From positions 40,988,401 to 41,052,400 of the forward strand of contig CM120641.1 of the NCBI GenBank assembly GCA_051362555.1: 64,000 nt of DNA, given 5' to 3'. The stretch comes from Lingula anatina. Its lineage: Eukaryota; Animalia; Brachiopoda. A model generated the notes under the pieces. It searched no databases, was not told the DNA's origin, and was given only the letters and a program-made list of their open reading frames with translations. The first letter of the stretch is position 1. Each line of letters begins with the position of its first letter. Shown piece by piece: positions 52,401 to 64,000 of this stretch. A program made the position numbers and the translations under genes.

Positions 52401-54782
52401 GAACTAAATCTCTAAAAAATCATTAATCTAGTAAAGATAAATGTTCTACTACAGCAAATTCTATTTCTTATTAGTTGAATTATTAGTATACTCATACAAA
52501 CAAAATAGATTCAAAAATTAAAATTTCTCACTGTAGCAGGCACACCATCCAGCTGTCTTGCTCCATGATTAGATACAACAATGCCGTCTACACCTGTCCT
52601 TACTGCTTCAACTGCATCCTCTCCTTTTATTTTCAAAAATGATAGACAAACAACTTGAGTGCCATTGTTGAGCAAAAAGGAGTTTCAATAATTACTTTCT
52701 TATTTGGGATGGTATACACTTTTTACTTACTGTAGTTAACAATTCATGATGTAAAGTATAGCCTGAAGCATTTATGCCCAAAATCATATAAAATCATTAG
52801 GGAAAATCAAATGTTTATAAAATATATGCATTTTGATGGCAAAGACTAATCATCTTGGATAATATGCAGTTATGTAGCTTACGTACAGTTCCAATTTTTT
52901 TCCCCCGTCTTCATCAAAAACTAGAAAATGCTTGAACATGAAAGGTCTAGTCTTTGTATGTTACTGAATCTCCTACCAAGAGAATGGTATTAGTTGTAAA
53001 CTTCTCAACTTCTTGATCATTAAGCATGAGAGAATATGTTAAAATTTTATAGTGTTTTGATTAAGATGAAGATGATTTACCTGTGAGAATACCCTTCACA
53101 ATAACAGGAAGCTTTGTGAACTGTTTCAGCCACCTAACGTCAGTCCATTTCAAAGATGGATTAAAAAGGGAGGCAGCATATTCACTCAGACCAGACTCCT
53201 TGCTTCCTTTCACTCCATCAGATTTATAATCTGCTTGCTTGAAATTAGCCATTCTAAAATATCAAAATAAATTAATCAGTTTTAGTGCCTACAGTCACTG
53301 CATAAATCCTATTAACCTACTGAGCAAAAACAGTGGCCAGTAATTAGTTACAAATTTTCACTTTAATTACATGTGAATATGGAATGGGGCCATTGTTAAC
53401 ATTGCAAATTTTATGATTAAAGGAGGAGAAGGAAGGCATCAGCCTTCTACACCTGTTTATATAACCCTTACCCTGAAATATCCCCATCCCAATTTGATTA
53501 AATTCTGGATCCAATAGAGATGTGCTATAAATACCTGAGATGTGGAGGCAAGGTAAACTTATTTCTAGTATCAGCCAGTCTTCTCCCAAACATGGGTGTG
53601 TCAACAGTTAAAACCAAAGCTTTGTATCCACTGCGCTCTGCTCTTCTCACCAGTTCTTTGGTCACTTCACGATCACGGTAGATGTAGAGCTGAAACCAAC
53701 GCAGACCCTCTGGAGATGCCTGGGCCACTTCTTCTATACTGGAGGTAGCTATTGTGCTGAGAATCATACAGGTTTTCATTGCAGCTGCAGCTGAAATGGA
53801 AAAGAAAATAACTAAAATTTTACATCATTCATTTGTCACTAGTCGATATGTTTTAGAAAATATTTTTGAATGGGTTTGGATAGCAGATATCTTGGTGATA
53901 AGGAAAATTTGATAAAATTTCTGGATTTTTTTTTTAATAGTTTCATTGCATGCCTACCAGACAAAAAAAAAATAAAGTAGTGGCTGAAAAATTGGCTAAT
54001 TAAGAATAATTAATATACCACTGAAAATGGTAAAAAGCTTTGTCTTGTATTACAATGTTGCCTAATTATCTAAGTCCTTAGTACCCCTTCCAGTGGCTAC
54101 CTCTCCATCAGGGTGTGCCATCCTTTGCATGGCTGTGGGTGCGATACCTACAGGGAAGTCGACTGGCTGCCCTTGGATCCTAGTGGTCAAGTCTCTCTTT
54201 GAAACATCTTTTTGTAAAAAACGTGGCCGAAATCTATACCTAATAAAGAATGTAAATACACATGATTAATTAACTGTAATGTATATCTGTATAGTGTTTT
54301 TTTTTTCTAAATCCAAACTTTCCCTATAATTGATCAAAGACTTATCAAAATCCATTTGTCTTGTGTATCCCTATCAGTTCTAACTGAGTGTGTTTGGGAG
54401 GGGGTGGGGAGGAAATGATTATAAATGCAAAGCCTAGGCCTTCACAGATCTTGGATGCCATAGTCTACGCCTGTTTTATGTGGAAAAATACAGGGTACAT
54501 TGTAATCTCGTCTACTTTGTTTCATACTTTCCGCACTGATAATCATTATGCCCTTGGAGATTATATAACTCCACCCGAACTCCACTGTCTACAGTGTACT
54601 GTATATTATGCAAAAGCAGCTCAGCAAAGTTTGCTTTAATACCTTCCAAATGCAGCTCTGTTATCCCTGAGAGACTGTTCGTCATTTGCGCCACTTCTGT
54701 AGTAGTCTAACGCATTTCTATCAAGTTTACCGTAGGCATATTTCTCGAAGTCATCTAAGCAGACTAAAGATCCAGCTGCCAT
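46426..54782 (-). CDS. HAO1: FMN-dependent 2-hydroxyacid oxidase, copy B (372 aa, canonical catalytic residues)
   Basis: Exons 54782-54643, 54239-54085, 53790-53535, 53253-53081, 52623-52532, 52286-52128, 51959-51890, 46499-46426, with the same sizes as copy [39 protein letters not shown]-terminal PKL. The last intron contains the LTR element. Confidence 0.92.
46942..47221 (-). repeat. 3' LTR
   Basis: Identical by eye to 51560-51839; preceded on the minus strand by the PPT. Confidence 0.97.
47440..51483 (-). CDS. Gag-Pol polyprotein (1347 aa from first ATG)
   Basis: Two Zn knuckles ([28 protein letters not shown]), protease [24 protein letters not shown], RNase H TDAS/TDHKPL, integrase HTGH...CPIC and TDLF/SDNGPQ/GLAE. 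The PR-RT-RH-IN order indicates Ty3/Gypsy. Confidence 0.96.
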   Translation of the reverse strand: MELTGIPTPSMDWSASNLPEQWKKFHSLVELIFNGPLKEKEEKVKVTYLLLWIGDKEREIKSTWTNLDEPDKLQSYYDRFKAHVQPKLNPIFARFKFNNETQGASTVEQFITRLRTLAVDCAYTNAEEMIRDRIVFGTSSEKVREKLINEGDKLTLDKAVQIAQSYEYSMEQLKTMGKEVSSIKKQPPRTGNWRHVNRQKKQQKQDRHECNNCGYEHAKTDRCPAKGKQCNNCKKFNHFAKKCRKSIAKKHVNELQALPDQPDSDSDSDSQFIVDSIDMSEGLDQAFCHVVIGPAKISVKFKIDTGSQVNILPKHVFDSIGHVDDLKPPSQKLTAYNGHSLKNLGSANFTCQYKKKSIELLFHVVDTESSPILGLKACMDLCLIKLVYACDVDADVKRELVGKRDSSKPSQSLNKSEFGKDQILHEYKDVFEGIGLFPGECVIHTDPDVIPVVHPPRKVPHALHEKLKNELERMEKLDVICKVTEPTEWVNSLVIVEKPESSSGKVRVCLDPKDLNRAILRPHYPPRTLEEVLPQLAGAQYFSKLDARSGYWTIKLSTESSYLTTFNTPFGRYRYLRLPFGLRSSQDEFQRRVDESFEGLDGVIALVDDIIVFGKNREQHDQNLRNVLQRTRECGIKLNREKMEIGVTKVKYFGHIITSKGLEPDPEKVKAIREMKAPTNKKELETFLGMVTYLAKFAPNLSEITTPLRKLLAKDMIFHWIDEHEKALNEVKEVITAAPSPTLTYFDPSQVTTLQTDASKYGLGAALLQDGKPIAYASKALNTSEINYAQIEKEMFGIVFGCKRFHQYVYGRKVVVETDHKPLIPIFKKPLNTAPPRLQRMLLQLQRYDLEVIYKPGTQIPLADTLSRNFVKDTYPELAKGMDAHVHAVLSKIPISDRKLDEIRQETEQTEQFQTLRKTVLNGWPVKRSDCPSEIIEFWNHRDELSYIDGLLLKGQKVIVPQKLRVKMLHSIHTGHKGIEKCQKRARSAIFWPGMSGDINDFVSKCPICLMQRNNNPKQPLQPHPIPDYPWQTVATDLFTWDGKDFIVVVDYYSRYFEVAQLTSTQSYQVISKLKVIFARFGIPETVISDNGPQYASQEFTDFSKQYDFKHVTSSPNYPQSNGLAEKYVQIVKKLFEKSKSDKSDPNLALLEYRVSPLDIGYSPAQLLQGRQLRSVLPATNQQLCPQFIDPGKVKHKIDSSRQKQKKFYDHGSRPLPPITVGESVRFQRNGKLWKPANVIDKVNENSFVLQAPNGGIYRRNRRHILKTKEPNVPHDTDPRVPICTENLVNKSSDLKILADHPEPAVNAPVKSPVKLKSTPQKDECHSPQPYVTRAGRVCKQKIIQSM
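51560..51839 (-). repeat. 5' LTR
   Basis: Followed on the minus strand by the PBS at 51559-51545; AATAAA on the minus strand at 51652-51647. Confidence 0.97.
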
Positions 54783-55595
54783 AATTTGAGATGTTGGATG
54801 ACCTAGTTAGACTGCTAGACCGGCCTATATAGGTCACGATTTTGTTGATGCAGCCGAAAGAGGGCGAGGGGGGCGGGGGCAGGTGGCATTTAACCATATG
54901 AAACTTGATTTACTTAAAACTGATCAATTTCTCAAATGCTATGAAAGGCGATTTTATTAATGGCTTTCAACAGATGTTCGATACAATGGTTTATTCCAAG
55001 AAGTTATACAGGCACGCGCGGGGGGTAGGTGGGAGGGCTTACAAAATAAATAAATAAAAAAAATAAATAAATAAGGTAGAAAATAAATAAATAAAAGAAA
55101 GAAAGAATAATAAGCGACGGGGGAGGGTTGGAGTAGAATGGATGATCATGAATTTGGTGACTTGACTGCCAGGGCGTCCTCCCTATATTTCAATGACTTA
55201 CTGTTTCAATACTCACTTTTTAATATTCATTTAAAAGTTTGAGAGGAAATAGGCCTATAGTTTTAGTGGCAAGACTGTTGACATGATTATACATTTTTCT
55301 CGAAGAGTAGGCTCTACAAAGAACCAACTTAGGACCTTGTGATGTTATAAAACTTAATGATAATAATGTCATCATGCGAGATATCGTTATCTCTGAACAA
55401 GGTCGCAAACTCGGGGCCCCGTCGTTATCTCAGGGGGAGTATGTATTCTTGACCAATTCAGCAGACGATGCTTTGATTGGTAAAGATTTGATGGCATCAT
55501 GTGACCTATAGATATAGATATTTGTATAAATCCCTGCTACCAAAGTGTCACGAGCAGATACGCCCCTTGGAGTTGTAGCAGTCAAGTCAACCACG
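54783..55595. promoter_or_regulatory. Divergent promoter region between HAO copy B and the ependymin-related gene
   Basis: TATA-like ctatatag at about 54825 and GC-box ggggcgggg at about 54870 on the HAO side. CCAAT/ATTGG at about 55453 and 55476 and TATAAA at about 55525, about 70 nt before the EPDR ATG. Confidence 0.5.
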
Positions 55596-55823
55596 ATGAA
55601 AGCCCTGTTGCTTTTCAGCGTTTTTCTGGTAGCGGCGTGGGCTCAACAGCCGGTGCCTTGTGGTATGTTACTAGTGTAAATATATTATAGTCAGTAGAAG
55701 TTATTTTCGCTGAATATCGTGTGAAAGTAAGAACGTTTATCTTTTGGCAGATTATAACGTGAATACTGATCGACAGTGTGTTTCTTAACTCGGTGCGTAC
55801 GTCAAAGACTACATGTACCTGTG

Positions 55824-55870
<47 letters not shown>

Positions 55871-56881
55871 TGCAGCGACTTTTGGTTGGATGCTCTTTGC
55901 TACATGATGAAATATGCAAGGAATTAAAAGAAAAACGATGTTTTTGATTCAAACGGTGGTATTTATTTATTATTTGTTAATGTTACTATCATTTATCTAT
56001 TTATTTATCTATCAATAAATCTATCAATTTATTTTCTAATTTTTATTTATCCATTTCATCTGTTTATTACTTTATTTTTGCAAAAACGCAAGTTGCCAAT
56101 TTAAAACTGAAATTTTGAATATCTTCTTCCCATATCTGACTTACTTAGTTTATTTTTTGCTATTTCAGAGGTACCTAATACATGGCACGCCACACAGATC
56201 CAGGTAATGCCATTTGGTTTAACACTATTTTTATATTCAGATAGGAAATGTGCAAGTTAATGGCACCCTGGCTCTCAGAGGGCGCTACAAAGTCACTTCA
56301 AACTCTCTGCTATCAGCATACTGGAAACCGCAGAAACATGCTGATAGGAGGGCGGTGGGTTTGTTGTGTCCTTCGAAACTCAGGGTTTTAATGACGGATA
56401 CTTTTCTCTACCAAACCCACCGAATCCACGCTCTCGGTTACCTTTACGACTAGTTACTATGGTTCCCAGGGGTTTCTTGACAGCAACCATGTATAAGATT
56501 TTCGAAATGGAATTGGAAACCCCATGCGATTGATAGCTAGACTGCTGATAGAGAGAGGTAGTTTCCGATAGTCTCTATAACTCAGCTGCTGCTTACATGG
56601 AGAAAGCTATTCTTATTTGTTTTTATTCAGAGTATGCCTTCAATATCAGTAATAAGTTAGATCTAAGACTATCAGATATTTATTTACTGTCTTGCAGTGT
56701 TGTCAACATCTGTCGTGTTTTCATTGCAGCAGATGGCGGGCGTAGGGAGGGGGATATCAAACGATAGATGAGGGCAGTCTTAACTGTAATATGTGGGGCA
56801 CAGGGATGGAAAATGGTTTGGTTTTGCCTATTTACCTTCATGTCTTTTTATAATTTTTCTAATTTAATTTTTTTTGTGTGT

Positions 56882-56912
<31 letters not shown>

Positions 56913-59176
56913 GGGGGAGGCGGGGAGGCGCATGCACCTCAGAAGCTACAGCTAACTTCCCCGCCCCGATCCGACATTGGCAAAGCGCAACAACTATAAA
57001 AGGAAGTGGACAAAGCATCAAAATCAATCAGCACAAATTTTACATAATTAATTTGCTACTCAATCGTAAATAAATTTTAATAATCAAGAACTGCACTAAG
57101 TCTTACAAATGCTAAAAATCAAAAGCTGAAAATCTTTTTCTTTTCTTTTTTCCTTTAAAAATAATGTGATTGATTAGCAGTATCTTTTTTATGTTACTAC
57201 TTTGTCATGTCCGAAATATTTTAAAAGACAGCAGTAGTTGAAGAAACAAAATTCGAGCTCAGAAGCAGTGGTGAGAGTGGGTTATGAGTTTAGTTTGGAC
57301 CTAAGACTCACGTGCACCAAACGCCGAAAATTCAAAAACTGAAACTGACATCAAGCAAAAAAGTGAATGCTTGCAAAATGAAGTATTTTTCTCTGCTAAA
57401 TTACCGTCTTTACCTTGAACAATCACATATTTTTCCAGTCCGTCTTGAATGTGATCTAAATGTAGTTCTAATCACACCATAAGCCTTATTGCAGGTTTTA
57501 CTTTTAGTAAATAGAAAAAAGTCATAATATTTCGCCATTCACTCAGAAACACGATAGAATTAAAATTAACACCAACACCGACATACTATATTTCATGTAT
57601 AACTTCAAGTTCATTATATTCTTAAAGGCAACATTATTTTTTTTACTATTCATATGCTATTGTCACTCCCTCCATCGTGTATCACCATCATGCCTCCAGT
57701 GCCCTGACACGCCCTCCACTAGGGCACACAGGGTGCAAAGTATGTGTTTGTCTTAGATATGATATAATCAGGACTGCCAGCATATGAACACATTTCAACA
57801 ACTCTCTGAATAGAATCATGTGATATGAGTGCATTTAACCTGATATTAATATTATAGTTGTATAAGGTTACAGTTTAAGAACTAAGTATTGGGAAAAGGT
57901 GAAAGCCTAAAATCTTGATAGTGCTTAGATTTTGAACTTTTGAATTAAGATGCCTTTCACCAGCCGTATCACGTCTATTGCACAGAAAAGACAAGACATT
58001 AAAATGTTTAGGAAACAGCAATAACAACAACGATAATAATAACAATAATAATAATAAATGAATAAGAGAACTCCAGTAGATTTTTTTATTTTACTGAATG
58101 TAAACGCCCTTTTTCTCATAACTTTTTATAAAAAGGTGATAAAAAGCAGTGATTCGTAATTATATTTTTGACGTCTGTGCCTGGACAAAAAGTCCATCGA
58201 TATTTTACATTTTACAGACACACAAAAAAATCTATCCATATATATCAAACAGATAACTATATGCAACTGTATATTCAATTCACATACCAATTTCTTTTAT
58301 TCACCAATGCGGAGGGCAATGCTACCCGTCTCTTTAAATATAAACTCTTTTTCAGATGGACATCACCAAGAAATTTGCAGAGAGGGCTCACATTTCTTAT
58401 GATGCCATAAACCAGAGAATCAGGAAGGTCGAGGAGGTGTATTTCAACGAAGATAGGGAATACTACGATGTCTTATGGCTTCATAATGAGGTACATGTAC
58501 AGCTGCATTGAGCCTACAGTTTAAAATAGCATGTCGAGATATGGCAAGAAGTTACGAGGTCTGGAATCGAAGAATTTGTAGATTATTGTCCATGCAGTTT
58601 TTATGGTTTATAGCATAAACCCCTTCACAGCGATTTTGCACATTTTTATTATTATTTATAATACGTGCATATAAATTGATAGAAATGAATTAAATGACAC
58701 ATTCTTTGACGTTATAGGACATCATTCGTAACAATGTCTGAACGAGAAGCGTATTTTAATGAAAATTTCTCAATCTTAAGGGAATGGAATACAGACTCAA
58801 CCTGAAAACCAAAATGTGTAATGTCACTGCTCTCACTAGACCCTTCAGGAAGATCGGCATCCCGGCCAATGCTAAGAGCGGCGGTGAGGCGTACATTGGG
58901 TCCGCTGTAGCTAATGACGGCGTGTTGGTATCCCTGTGGAGCGAGACCACGGAACAAGGAGGTAACTTTGATACGCTACGGAATTTCAAACAATTCTTTT
59001 TAATTACAAAGATTGAAGCGTGGTATTTTCATTTTCTTTAGAGTTCAGCCTTTCCATAGAATATATTATATGCAAAAGCACAGGAGAGCTTTTTCTTACT
59101 TGGACATGAAATACTTGATACTCCAGCTGCATCCAGAAAAAAAGTTGCCTCAGTCGCAGTTCGGTTATTCTTTCCC

Positions 59177-59213
<37 letters not shown>

Positions 59214-59708
59214 GTAAACCATTAATCCCTAATTGAATATTGATCTATTGAAATATGTTTTTCGATTTCTATAAAGAAAAAATATTAAATAAACACCTTT
59301 GCACGCAAAAATATATTTACTTACAAGTTTTGTGTACCTTCAGCTAAATACTATGGGTCCTGGACATACCCCGCCTGTGTCCCCGTCTCTGACTATTTCT
59401 ACGACTCCTCAGTAGGACTTGTGCAGACACAGTAAGTGAACCACGCGGCAAGGGATTGCGTTTCATAACCAATCTGATGAAATCCTTGATATTTTTCGTT
59501 TAAGTTTATAATACTTTCAAGTTCTTTTGGGGGATCCAGTGACTTTGCAACTTTACTGAATAGTTTTTAACACGGTACATGCTGTACCAGCGTTAATTGG
59601 CGTGATGGTATAATTTTCTTTTTTTATCATTTCAGTTTCTACAACGTGGAAGTAGGCATTTCAGACCCCGATAGGTTCATCCCACCAGCGGAGTGCAAGA
59701 AACCATAA
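55596..59708 (+). CDS. Ependymin-related protein (EPDR family), secreted or lysosomal (192 aa, 6 exons)
   Basis: Exons 55596-55662, 56169-56203, 58356-58490, 58781-58961, 59344-59431, 59636-59708 (579 nt, in frame). Signal peptide MKALLLFSVFLVAAWA, QQPVPCEVPNTW, ISYDAINQRIR, TKMCNVT, IGIPANA, AYIGS, CVPVSD, FYNVEVGISDPDRFIPPAEC. The four Cys and the terminal FxPPxxC are ependymin hallmarks. Confidence 0.9.
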
Positions 59709-60920
59709 AAAAGCCAAGTTATCATCTCTGAACGCCAAACAGTTCAGATGCATTATACCCGATTTCCTCGGGCAGATGAAGACCAACACATTGAAAGAGT
59801 TACGCTACATGACCGTCGTTTATTTTTCAAGTTTTCGATTAAAAAAGAACAAAGTTTACCTTTCACGTTTTTCATATTGATGTCACTGATATTCCGACAT
59901 GATTGCACTTACAATGGCTACAGATAACGTATAATAATAATAAATACACAAAACTGCCCATCAAATAAAATAGTATACAAAAGATAGATGCATTTTTATA
60001 TTCTACACTTAACACTACAGGTGTTTGAGTGTGTGTGAGACTTGACTAACTGGATACCGGTATCCAAACATACAAATCCTCATGCCTATCGCATCAACTT
60101 GCCCCAGTGGACACAACATCAAATTTTAACCACTTACCATTCACAGTTTATTAATTGTTGAACAAAAATAGCGTAATCAAATTGGGGTTTACGCAGCATG
60201 TGGGAAATATAATTGCAGAATTAAAAAAAAGTATTTTCGTTTCAAGTAAAATCAAACTACTTTTCATACTTAGTTTTAATCTATCACCTTACCAATAAAT
60301 GAAATCTATCTTGGTATCCAATTCACTGGGAGATTATCTATAAAATATATTTGTAAATTCCTTAATATTATTGATAAATAGAACAAATAATAATAATATT
60401 AATGAGAAGCAAGATACAATTATAAATAAATGATGCATTTATACCTATAAATAAATATCAATTTCACAACATTTATAAAGTTTCAAAAATAAAAATTGAA
60501 AAATGTCTAAAGGACAAGAGATTACTGAGCGAACAAATGGGATCAACACAGATAACAAACACTTTTACTCCTATTTTTGTCTGATATCATATATATTGCA
60601 AAACAAATTGTAACATAAAAGTCTAAAAAACTGAAATTTAAACATAATTTGGCTTTTACAATGCCAAAATACAGAATATGTATGCCTAGTATTAAAATAA
60701 ATGATAGAAATATTGGAGTATATTTGCACTTAGAGACTATTCTTTTTAACCATTTGACATTTGTGTTATTTAAAAACAGTGACTTACTATAACAGTAATC
60801 TGAACACAAGTAAGTGATTTTTACATTTTTCTGCAACCTCCTACAAGTAGATCTTATTCAGCAATCTCTGCATTGTAATTTCATTTTTGCATTGTAAATA
60901 TACTGTTACGGTTACAGGAA

Positions 60921-62058
60921 TCAGATCATCCCAAATCCCTGATTGCCCTCATTAATAGCCAGCAGTAGAGCTTGGTGGAACTGATCCAAGCTGTCATAGT
61001 CTGGAAGGCACAACTGGTTGAAACTAAAAAATAAATTAATTAATAAATTATTCTTAAAATAACCAACTTTTGATGCCTATTTTGGAATAAAATAAATTAA
61101 CAATACCAAATTAAATATACACTCCAAACTGTTAAAGCGCACATTACTTCAAACTGTAATATAGCACTCCAAACTTAACAATTATAAATTATTTTAAAAA
61201 AATAATTATTACAATGTTTAAGCAATTCTAATATATGGAAACAGGTTTTTATTTCCTTTTTTTCTTTATTTGAAGAGATGAATAATAAATAAAGTTTGTT
61301 TGTCACTCAAAAATAAGGTCCAGTGAAATATAGAAAAGATACATTCAAATCTTTATATGTATGTGAAAAGAGCTACCAAGTATGAGCAGTAGGCAAACTT
61401 CCAGAAGACAAAGCAGGCGAGATTTGGAAAGTTGGGGAAAGGGAGCCAAATCCACCAGGTGGCAGCTGGGAACTTCCTGTGGTGAACTGAACAAGACGAG
61501 CCATTTCTTCTGTTGTGAAACTTCCAATGATGGTCCAGAACCAATTCAAAGTCTGAAAGAAAACATCAGCAGTAAAGATGTAAAAACTTAACACAATCAC
61601 AACTGCCCATTTCATTTGGGAAAATTCATTTGACCTGGGCCTGACTTTTAACTGATATAAGTAAAATAACTTTGTCTACTATACATCTTAAAATCCCAGT
61701 AAAATTTTGTTTTATGTTTTTAATTTTAAATATTCATTTTAAAAAATTGATGTTTGTTTGGTTGATTCAATATCTAGTAAATGTATTCTTACCCTGTTGA
61801 ATGAATATGAATTTCCACAGATATTCACATTATTTTTCAAGTCATCCAGGCTATATGAGCCTGTGCCACACATCAACAGCTAGAAGACAATTATTGAAAA
61901 CATGGTTATTTAACACCACAGTTTGCTTTTCAATCAATAATATAAAGTGACATAAATTATCTTAGAATAAATGTTTACAGGTGATTAGTTCAAAAAGATA
62001 TAAAATTCAGCCAAAAAAAATAGGGCTAAAAAGAATCAATCTATCAAAGAAAAGATAA

Positions 62059-62097
<39 letters not shown>

Positions 62098-63976
62098 AAC
62101 AATATCTAAAAAAGAAGGTAGCAAATCCTCACCTCTAGTTCATATTCATCAAAAATGCTGAGCAAGTTATCAGGCACCAAGTCATTAAGTCCTTTCAGAA
62201 AAGCTTCCATTTCCTCCTTTATTGTAGTTGCCAGCTGATATTGTGCCAAAGCATCCAAGTACTGGTGTCTGTTGGCTTTGGTCACTGGCACCTGAGCTCC
62301 ATTGGGGATCAAGTTAACTGTCTGTTAACAATAAAAAAAATAATAAAATAATAATAAATAAATAAATAAATAGAATAACCATCCACACAGACTTTGGTAG
62401 TAAAGTTATAAACAAGCTCACATATCACTTCAAGTGTTTCTTTTGTCAGAAAATATAAAAATGCACTCCTGGTAAAGGCTACAATGAGATATGCTAACTC
62501 CATATAACACCTTATTCCTCTGGAAAAAAAATGTCTTGCTAGACACTGAAATATTGGAACAGAAATACTCACAACTTTTGAATTTCTTGAGTTTAACTTT
62601 TGTTTGGAGAACCTATTATCAAAATACAGCTAGCTCCTGAAATTCTTTGCTATACTCCTCTTTTACTTTTTTGTTACTGTTTTGTCTTGTTATTATGCTT
62701 CTAAATTTTTACATGAACAAAACTCACCCTTTCAAGCTCATTTTTCTCATTGTACTCCTCCTCCACAAAATGCATGTCCATATCTGCGGGATCATTCTCT
62801 AAAACATACTTGATTTTGGTGGTATACAGATCTGGGTCATCTTGTTCAAAGTACTGATCAGAAACAAAGTAAGAAAATACTTTGATACCAAAATGTTTTT
62901 AGCACCACAGATATACATTATTTTATGCCTTATCAAAACAAACTTACATACTATATGAATATGATTTTAAACTTAAAATTCAGCCCCTTCCCACAAAAGG
63001 TATGCTTTATACACAGCCTAGCTCTCATACTAATAAAATTTCAAGTGTTTTACCTACCTTGTAATTGACACGTAACCCAATCAATTGAGCCAAGAATGAC
63101 CGTGCAAACTTAGCACTGACTTGCTGTTTGTAAGAGCCTCCTAAGGCAGATTCATACAGAATCTTGCCCACAACTTTCCCAGCAAATTCATAGTATTTCA
63201 GCTTCAGGTCTTCTGGCCTCTTTGGGTTGGGCAGAACCTTGTGGAAAAATATCAAAATCATAGTATTGTATGCAATTATGCAAATATATTTTATAATTGT
63301 GAAAAAGGTGGGTTAATTAGTGAGATAGCCTGACACACCTACATGAAAGTGTTGCAAATAATAAAAATAATAATAATAATAATAAACAGGTTGCATCAGC
63401 CTCAATTTCCTAGTGTGTATTTCATGAAGTTCGATTAAATATACATATTTGACAATCAGGTTCTAAGATTTCAACTTATCAGTCTTCCACAAGACAAAAG
63501 GTGTCAAGGAGCATTTGTGAACAATACTCACAAGTCCCTGGGGGTCATCTTTCTTTAATCTCCTGAATAGCTTGGATTTACTGGGATCAAAAATGTTAAT
63601 GCACAAGAGATGAAACCATTCCCTCCTCAATCCACCCCAATCCAGACCTAAGAAATGTAGCAAAGTACTATTATTAAAATATTATTGACATTTAAAACCA
63701 TCAAAATTCAGTGCATAAAGGCATAATATGCATATGAAAGTAATTAATAAGTAAATAAATTACTTTTAAAAAATCTGCAGACAGCTATAGATGACTGACC
63801 ACTCTATTATAAGAACCCATTCTCTCTTAGTGCAAGTATCCTTTGAGGCATGTTATACATTTTGTGTTACTTAGTGTATCTGAAGTGTCATATTACCTAC
63901 CTTGTTCCCCAATGAACTGAATCTCAAAATTCTTGCACCAGTCAGCAATGTTGAACCCTTTGGTGGCTTTAAATGA
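60921..63976 (-). CDS. AREL1: Apoptosis-resistant HECT E3 ubiquitin ligase 1, 3' part (gene continues beyond the window)
   Basis: Exons 63976-63901, 63647-63532, 63237-63058, 62853-62728, 62321-62133, 61879-61793, 61552-61377, 61023-60921. LDWGGLRREWF, YESALGGSYKQQV, QFTTGSSQLPPGGF, LPTAHTC (catalytic Cys codon split by an intron), FNQLCLP...GFGMI*. Confidence 0.93.
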
Positions 63977-64000
63977 CTAAAATGAAATTTTTAAATCAAA

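Noticed and set aside
39210-54810. HAO duplication as an uncollapsed-haplotype assembly artefact
   Set aside because: The copies differ by many intronic indels, copy-specific TEs, 16 amino acids and unrelated upstream DNA. A true tandem duplication is more likely, though long reads would settle it.
1-64000. CRISPR arrays, tRNA/rRNA genes, prokaryotic operons
   Set aside because: The window is spliceosomal-intron eukaryotic DNA. No repeat-spacer array or cloverleaf was seen; the only tRNA-related sequence is the retrotransposon PBS.

Overview
AT-rich, intron-containing animal DNA, probably a lophotrochozoan invertebrate such as a mollusc; the taxon cannot be fixed from the sequence. Gene content left to right: (1) the last exon of a DSTYK/Dusty-like kinase (+, 4374-4766) with intact activation-segment motifs; (2) decayed tandem duplicates (about 6.7-11.4 kb); (3) a 4-exon, 913-aa DSTYK-like gene (-, 11587-16632) with an apparently intact dynamin-like GTPase fused to a pseudokinase; (4) GFM2 (+, two GC-AG introns); (5) a PPP1R14/CPI-17-family PP1 inhibitor (-); (6) two tandem hydroxyacid oxidase (HAO) genes (-), one with substituted active-site residues and one carrying a complete, very recent Ty3/Gypsy (Mag-like) LTR element in its last intron; (7) an ependymin-related secreted protein (+); (8) the 3' HECT part of AREL1 (-). 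Many MITEs and other non-autonomous elements are present. The best candidate for an undescribed system is the convergent pair of DSTYK paralogues (kinase plus GTPase-pseudokinase), which appears to duplicate and decay as a unit. Exon boundaries were read by eye, family calls rest on recalled motifs, and no database search was run.
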